Part shown: positions 60,389 to 64,000 of the stretch, piece after piece
Layout: every line of letters starts with the position of its first letter
Numbering within the stretch: the first letter of the stretch is position 1
Origin: Acidobacteriota bacterium
GTDB lineage: Bacteria; Acidobacteriota; Holophagae; Holophagales; Holophagaceae
Length of the DNA stretch: 64,000 nucleotides
Direction: 5' to 3'
Assembly (NCBI GenBank): GCA_016213735.1
Contig: JACQZU010000022.1
Coordinates: forward strand, 59,171-123,170
The notes under the pieces: generated by a model
Told to the model about the DNA's origin: nothing
Seen by the model: only the letters and a program-made list of their open reading frames with translations
The model's database searches: none
Program-made: the position numbers and the translations under genes

Positions 60389-61887
60389 AGCCCCGAGCCG
60401 CCCTCCTCCTCGCGGCCTGTGCCGCCCTTCCGGCCCAGCAGCCCGGTGCCTGGACTTGGTTCCTCACCAACGATTCCTTGTACCAGAAGAACGACCTGGC
60501 CAAGCGCGAGGTCCCCGCCGGGGAGATCCCGCCACTGGCGGGGGAGAAGAAGCCGGATCAGTTCCAGGAATCCCTCGCCTTCTTCGGGACCTACCGTTTC
60601 GAGGCCGGGGGAGATCTCGCGCTGGGGGCCACCCTGCGGGGGGTCAACTTCTACAAGCAGGATCCCAACGCCACCCTCCGGAGCCCCGAGACCAGCCTCT
60701 ACCGCTGGTCGGCCAAGTACCGGCGGGAGGGCTGGAGCGTGCAGGCGGGCGACTTCCACGCCCTCCTGGGCCAGGGCTTCGTGCTCTCGGTGCTCCAGAA
60801 CGACACCCTTCTCCGGGAACGCACCATCCGCGGGGCCGAGGCCCGTTGGCAGGGCTCCTGGCTGGACCTGAGGGCCCTGGGCGGCAGTGTGAGCACCGAA
60901 GTGCGCAGCGAAGGGAAGATGCAGAAGTGGGATGTGACGGCCGCGGAGGCTGTGGTGGAGGTGCTCCGGGGGCACCGTCTGGGGGTGCGGGCCAGCCAGG
61001 TGAAGGACGCCGAGGCGCCCCTCTTCGTGCCCCTGGTGGGGCGGAGGCTCACGGATTCCTTCAGCCTCTCGGGCGCCGAAGTCCTGCCCGGGCTCAGTTA
61101 CTACGGGGAATACGGCCGCCTGCTCTACCGGGACGAACGGGACCGGCAGCTGCGGCGGCCTGCCGGGAACGCCGCCTACGGCAACCTCACCTATCGCAGC
61201 CAGGGCCTGCTCCTCCTGGCGGAGCACAAGAAGTACGAGAACTTTGACAACGGGATGAACAACCTGCCCCTGGCCGATCGGGAGGAGGAGGTGAACGACC
61301 TCCTCCACTCGGAGGGCACCCGCCTCTTCGCCCAGTATCATGTGGCCCGGCCGGACCTCACCTTCTTCGGAAGCGCGGGGCGCTACGTCGAGGGCCCCTA
61401 CATACCCGGGCGGGGCCGCCGCGCCGGGACCAGCGTCTACGGCGGCTTCAGCGCGGAGGACCTCTGGGACGCGGTGAGCGCCTCCTACAGCTACGGCCTG
61501 CGTTTCGTGGGCTACGCGGTCAAAAAATCGATGGCCAACCTCACCACCCGCTTCCAGCAAGACTGGAGCCTGGAGCTGAGCTTCCGGGACAAGCGCTCCT
61601 CCCAGTTCGGGACCTCCTTCCACGAGCAGGACCTGAACACTCAGCTGGCCAAGGCCTCCTGGGGCGCCCTTTGGGTCCTCCGCCAGCACTCCCGGGACCC
61701 CATCGAACTGCTGGGAGGGGGCCGGAATTTCTACAGCGCAGGGGTGCGGGCCAACCTCCGGAACGGCGCCTACGTGGAGCTTTCCGGGGGCCGGCTGCGG
61801 GGCGGGGAGGTCTGTTCCGGTGGCCAGTGCGTGACGCTGCCGCCTTTCAAAGGCTTCAAGGTCGCGGCCCATTTCCAGCTCCGTTGA
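60385..61887 (+). CDS. secreted protein, possible outer-membrane beta-barrel; hypothetical
   Basis: Signal peptide (MKPRAALLLAACAALPAQQ); alternating amphipathic strands through about 480 aa; ATG overlaps the TlpA stop (ATGA). Confidence 0.5.
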   Translation: MKPRAALLLAACAALPAQQPGAWTWFLTNDSLYQKNDLAKREVPAGEIPPLAGEKKPDQFQESLAFFGTYRFEAGGDLALGATLRGVNFYKQDPNATLRSPETSLYRWSAKYRREGWSVQAGDFHALLGQGFVLSVLQNDTLLRERTIRGAEARWQGSWLDLRALGGSVSTEVRSEGKMQKWDVTAAEAVVEVLRGHRLGVRASQVKDAEAPLFVPLVGRRLTDSFSLSGAEVLPGLSYYGEYGRLLYRDERDRQLRRPAGNAAYGNLTYRSQGLLLLAEHKKYENFDNGMNNLPLADREEEVNDLLHSEGTRLFAQYHVARPDLTFFGSAGRYVEGPYIPGRGRRAGTSVYGGFSAEDLWDAVSASYSYGLRFVGYAVKKSMANLTTRFQQDWSLELSFRDKRSSQFGTSFHEQDLNTQLAKASWGALWVLRQHSRDPIELLGGGRNFYSAGVRANLRNGAYVELSGGRLRGGEVCSGGQCVTLPPFKGFKVAAHFQLR

Positions 61888-62019
61888 TGGGCTCAGGAGC
61901 CGAGTCCGGCTTCGCCCCGGGCGGGTCCTCCTCCTAGACTGGAGACCCCTTTCAGGACGGAGGAGCCCCTGCCGGGACAGCCCTGCCACGCTTCGAGACC
62001 GGGCGCCCTTGCCCTGGCC

Positions 62020-63090
62020 ATGGCCCTGGCCGCGCTGCTGGCCACCGCCCTGCCGGCCCAGGAGCGGGGCCCCTTTCCCCCGGAACCCTTCAACGGCCTC
62101 CAGCTCCAGTACCAGGTGAGGGGGGTCCGGATCACGGATTCCGGGGAGGAGGGGGGAGACACCCAGCTCCGGCATCTCAAGGGCTACCTTCAGGCAAATG
62201 AAGCGTTGAGGGTTTCCGGCACCGCCACCGGACGGCCCCCGGCCTGCCACGAGGAGGGCCAGGAATTCTTCCTCACCCTGGAAGCGGAAGTGTGGGTGGA
62301 CGGGGAAAAACGGCGTGTGGAACTGCCCCTCCCGCGGCTCTGCGCCCAGGCCGCGTCCTCCTACCCCTTCGAGCTGTCCCTTCCCGTCCCGGCCGGGGCC
62401 CGGGCGGGGGGCCTGCGCGTCCTCGCCACCTGGGTGAACCCCAAGTTCGGGGACCGGGCCGTGGCCCTGGAAGGAAGCTTTGCAGGGCCGGGAGGGCGAC
62501 CCCTGGAGGGGAAACCCGGAGGACCACTGGTGGGAACCACGGCCCCCTCGCCCTCCCGCAAAGCCGCTCCCCCGGCGGCCCCGAAGGCGTCGGCCTCCGC
62601 CGTCCAACCCGGGAAGGCCACCGCCGTTCCCTCCCAGCCGGGCCGGTCCTGGCCCCTGGCCTGGATCCTCGGAGGGGCCGGGGGTCTGGTCCTGGGACTC
62701 GTCCTCATCCTGCGCCGCCCCCACCGGAGAAGGGGGCTGGCCCCCCAGACCCTGCCCCTTCTGCCCCCCACCACCGGACGGGTCCCCAGCGCCGAAACCC
62801 ATCTGCTGGAAGCCTGGTTTCCGGGTGGCCGGGTGCTGCACTTCGTCCTGGGCCCCGAACAGGACCTGGGGCGCGCCAAGGGCAGCGCCATCCGCCTGGA
62901 CGATCCCTCCGTCAGCGCCCGCCACGCTTCTCTAAGGGAGTTGCCCGAGGGGTTCTTGCTGGAGGACCTGGGCAGCACCAACGGCACCTGGGTGGGGGGC
63001 ATCCGGCTCAACGCTCCCTGCCTCCTGCGGGGGGAGGAGTCCTGGAGCGTGGGGGACGTGGGCCTGGCCTTCCGTCCGAAGAAGCTGTGA
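62020..63090 (+). CDS. membrane-spanning FHA-domain protein
   Basis: N-terminal extracytoplasmic region, Pro/Ala linker, one TM helix (…WILGGAGGLVLGLVLIL…), and a C-terminal FHA domain (…SVSARHASL…LEDLGSTNGTWVGG…). Confidence 0.7.
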   Translation: MALAALLATALPAQERGPFPPEPFNGLQLQYQVRGVRITDSGEEGGDTQLRHLKGYLQANEALRVSGTATGRPPACHEEGQEFFLTLEAEVWVDGEKRRVELPLPRLCAQAASSYPFELSLPVPAGARAGGLRVLATWVNPKFGDRAVALEGSFAGPGGRPLEGKPGGPLVGTTAPSPSRKAAPPAAPKASASAVQPGKATAVPSQPGRSWPLAWILGGAGGLVLGLVLILRRPHRRRGLAPQTLPLLPPTTGRVPSAETHLLEAWFPGGRVLHFVLGPEQDLGRAKGSAIRLDDPSVSARHASLRELPEGFLLEDLGSTNGTWVGGIRLNAPCLLRGEESWSVGDVGLAFRPKKL

Positions 63091-63191
63091 ATGTTCCTCC
63101 TTGAAAGGCAAGTGACAGGAAAAGCGGGTGGATCCCGCTTCTTCTGGACCTGGAGGCCTCCTAGGATGGAGAGGTTCCCAGGAGACACCCC

Positions 63192-64000
63192 ATGAAGACG
63201 CCCGTCCGCGTTGCCGTCACCGGAGCCGCCGGCCAGATCGGCTACAGCCTTCTCTTCCGCATCGCCAGCGGCGCCATGCTCGGCGCGGACCAGCCGGTGA
63301 TCCTCCAGCTCCTCGAGATCACGCCCGCCCTCAAGGCCCTCAATGGCGTGGTGATGGAGCTGAACGACTGCGCCTTCCCCACCCTGGCGGGCGTCACCAC
63401 CAGCGACGATCCCATGGTGGCCTTCGCCGACGCGGACTACGCCCTGCTCGTGGGCGCCCTGCCGCGCAAGGCCGGCATGGAGCGCAGCGACCTGCTGAGC
63501 GCCAACGGCGGCATCTTCAAGCCCCAGGGCCACGCCCTGTCCGAGGTGGCCAGCCGCAACGTGAAGGCCCTGGTGGTGGGCAACCCCGCCAACACCAACG
63601 CCCTCATCGCCATCGCCCACGCCCCCAAGCTGAACCCCGGCCAGATCCACGCCATGACCCGGCTGGACCACAACCGCGCCATGTCCCAGCTGGCCGCACG
63701 CACCGGCAAGCCCGTGGCCGCCATCAAGAAGATGACCATCTGGGGCAACCACAGCGTCACCCAGTTCCCGGACCTCTACCACTGCACGGTTGACGGGAAG
63801 AATGCCTACGAGGCCGTGAACGACCACGAGTGGTACGACAAGACCTTCATTCCCACGGTGGCCAAGCGGGGCGCCGCGATCATCGAAGCCCGGGGCCTCT
63901 CCAGCGCCGCCAGCGCCGCCAGCGCCGCCATCGACCACATGCGCGACTGGACCTACGGCACCCCCGACGGCGACTGGATCTCCATGGCCATCTGCAGCGA
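63192..64000 (+). CDS. mdh: malate dehydrogenase (5' part; gene continues past the window end)
   Basis: [22 protein letters not shown]… NAD-binding N-terminus and …IWGNHS… motif. No stop before position 64000, so it is absent from the ORF track. Confidence 0.85.
   Translation, partial: MKTPVRVAVTGAAGQIGYSLLFRIASGAMLGADQPVILQLLEITPALKALNGVVMELNDCAFPTLAGVTTSDDPMVAFADADYALLVGALPRKAGMERSDLLSANGGIFKPQGHALSEVASRNVKALVVGNPANTNALIAIAHAPKLNPGQIHAMTRLDHNRAMSQLAARTGKPVAAIKKMTIWGNHSVTQFPDLYHCTVDGKNAYEAVNDHEWYDKTFIPTVAKRGAAIIEARGLSSAASAASAAIDHMRDWTYGTPDGDWISMAICS

Overview
High-GC (about 70%) bacterial chromosomal window with about 55 protein-coding genes, most with tight or overlapping junctions. No rRNA, tRNA, CRISPR array or transposase was recognised. 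Outer-membrane and periplasm-oriented gene content (ArnA-like/ArnT-like, TlpA oxidoreductases, several Tat substrates) suggests a Gram-negative organism; any finer lineage guess (for example Acidobacteriota) would be speculative.

Gene content is housekeeping (pyk, cinA, plsY, gpsA, corA, ilvA, mtgA, rsmE, mdh) mixed with a dense set of signalling genes. These include two paralogous multi-PAS hybrid histidine kinases, a Ser/Thr kinase with TPR repeats, an FHA-domain protein, an HD-GYP response regulator divergent from a flotillin gene, and TetR, MocR and Fis-like regulators.

The standout locus is a five-gene minus-strand operon (8031..15700). It encodes a signal-less, cytoplasmic [NiFe]-hydrogenase small and large subunit, a maturation endopeptidase, an unorthodox hybrid histidine kinase (GAF-HisKA-HATPase-REC-REC-Hpt) and a REC-GGDEF-REC-REC response regulator. 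The arrangement predicts a pathway from H2 sensing to c-di-GMP output, and a possible HypX-like maturation gene fragment lies at the window edge. This matches the proposed but experimentally uncharacterised 'sensory hydrogenase plus diguanylate cyclase' (group 2c-like) architecture. It also carries unusual features: a Cys-to-Asp substitution in the proximal FeS-cluster motif, and a C-terminal extension on the large subunit together with a protease.

Other notable observations:
- A two-copy family of about 210-bp low-GC noncoding elements sits in convergent intergenic regions.
- A 14-mer that recurs twice flanks the fis-like gene, one copy in a helically phased TGTGGA direct-repeat triplet upstream of pyk.
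- A strong hairpin plus U-tract lies directly upstream of the ilvA ribosome-binding site, together with a short Ile-containing leader ORF, suggesting an attenuator.
- The mtgA start codon is out of frame by 1 nt.
- An Ig-like/TlpA-fused lipoprotein operon has a palindromic upstream site.
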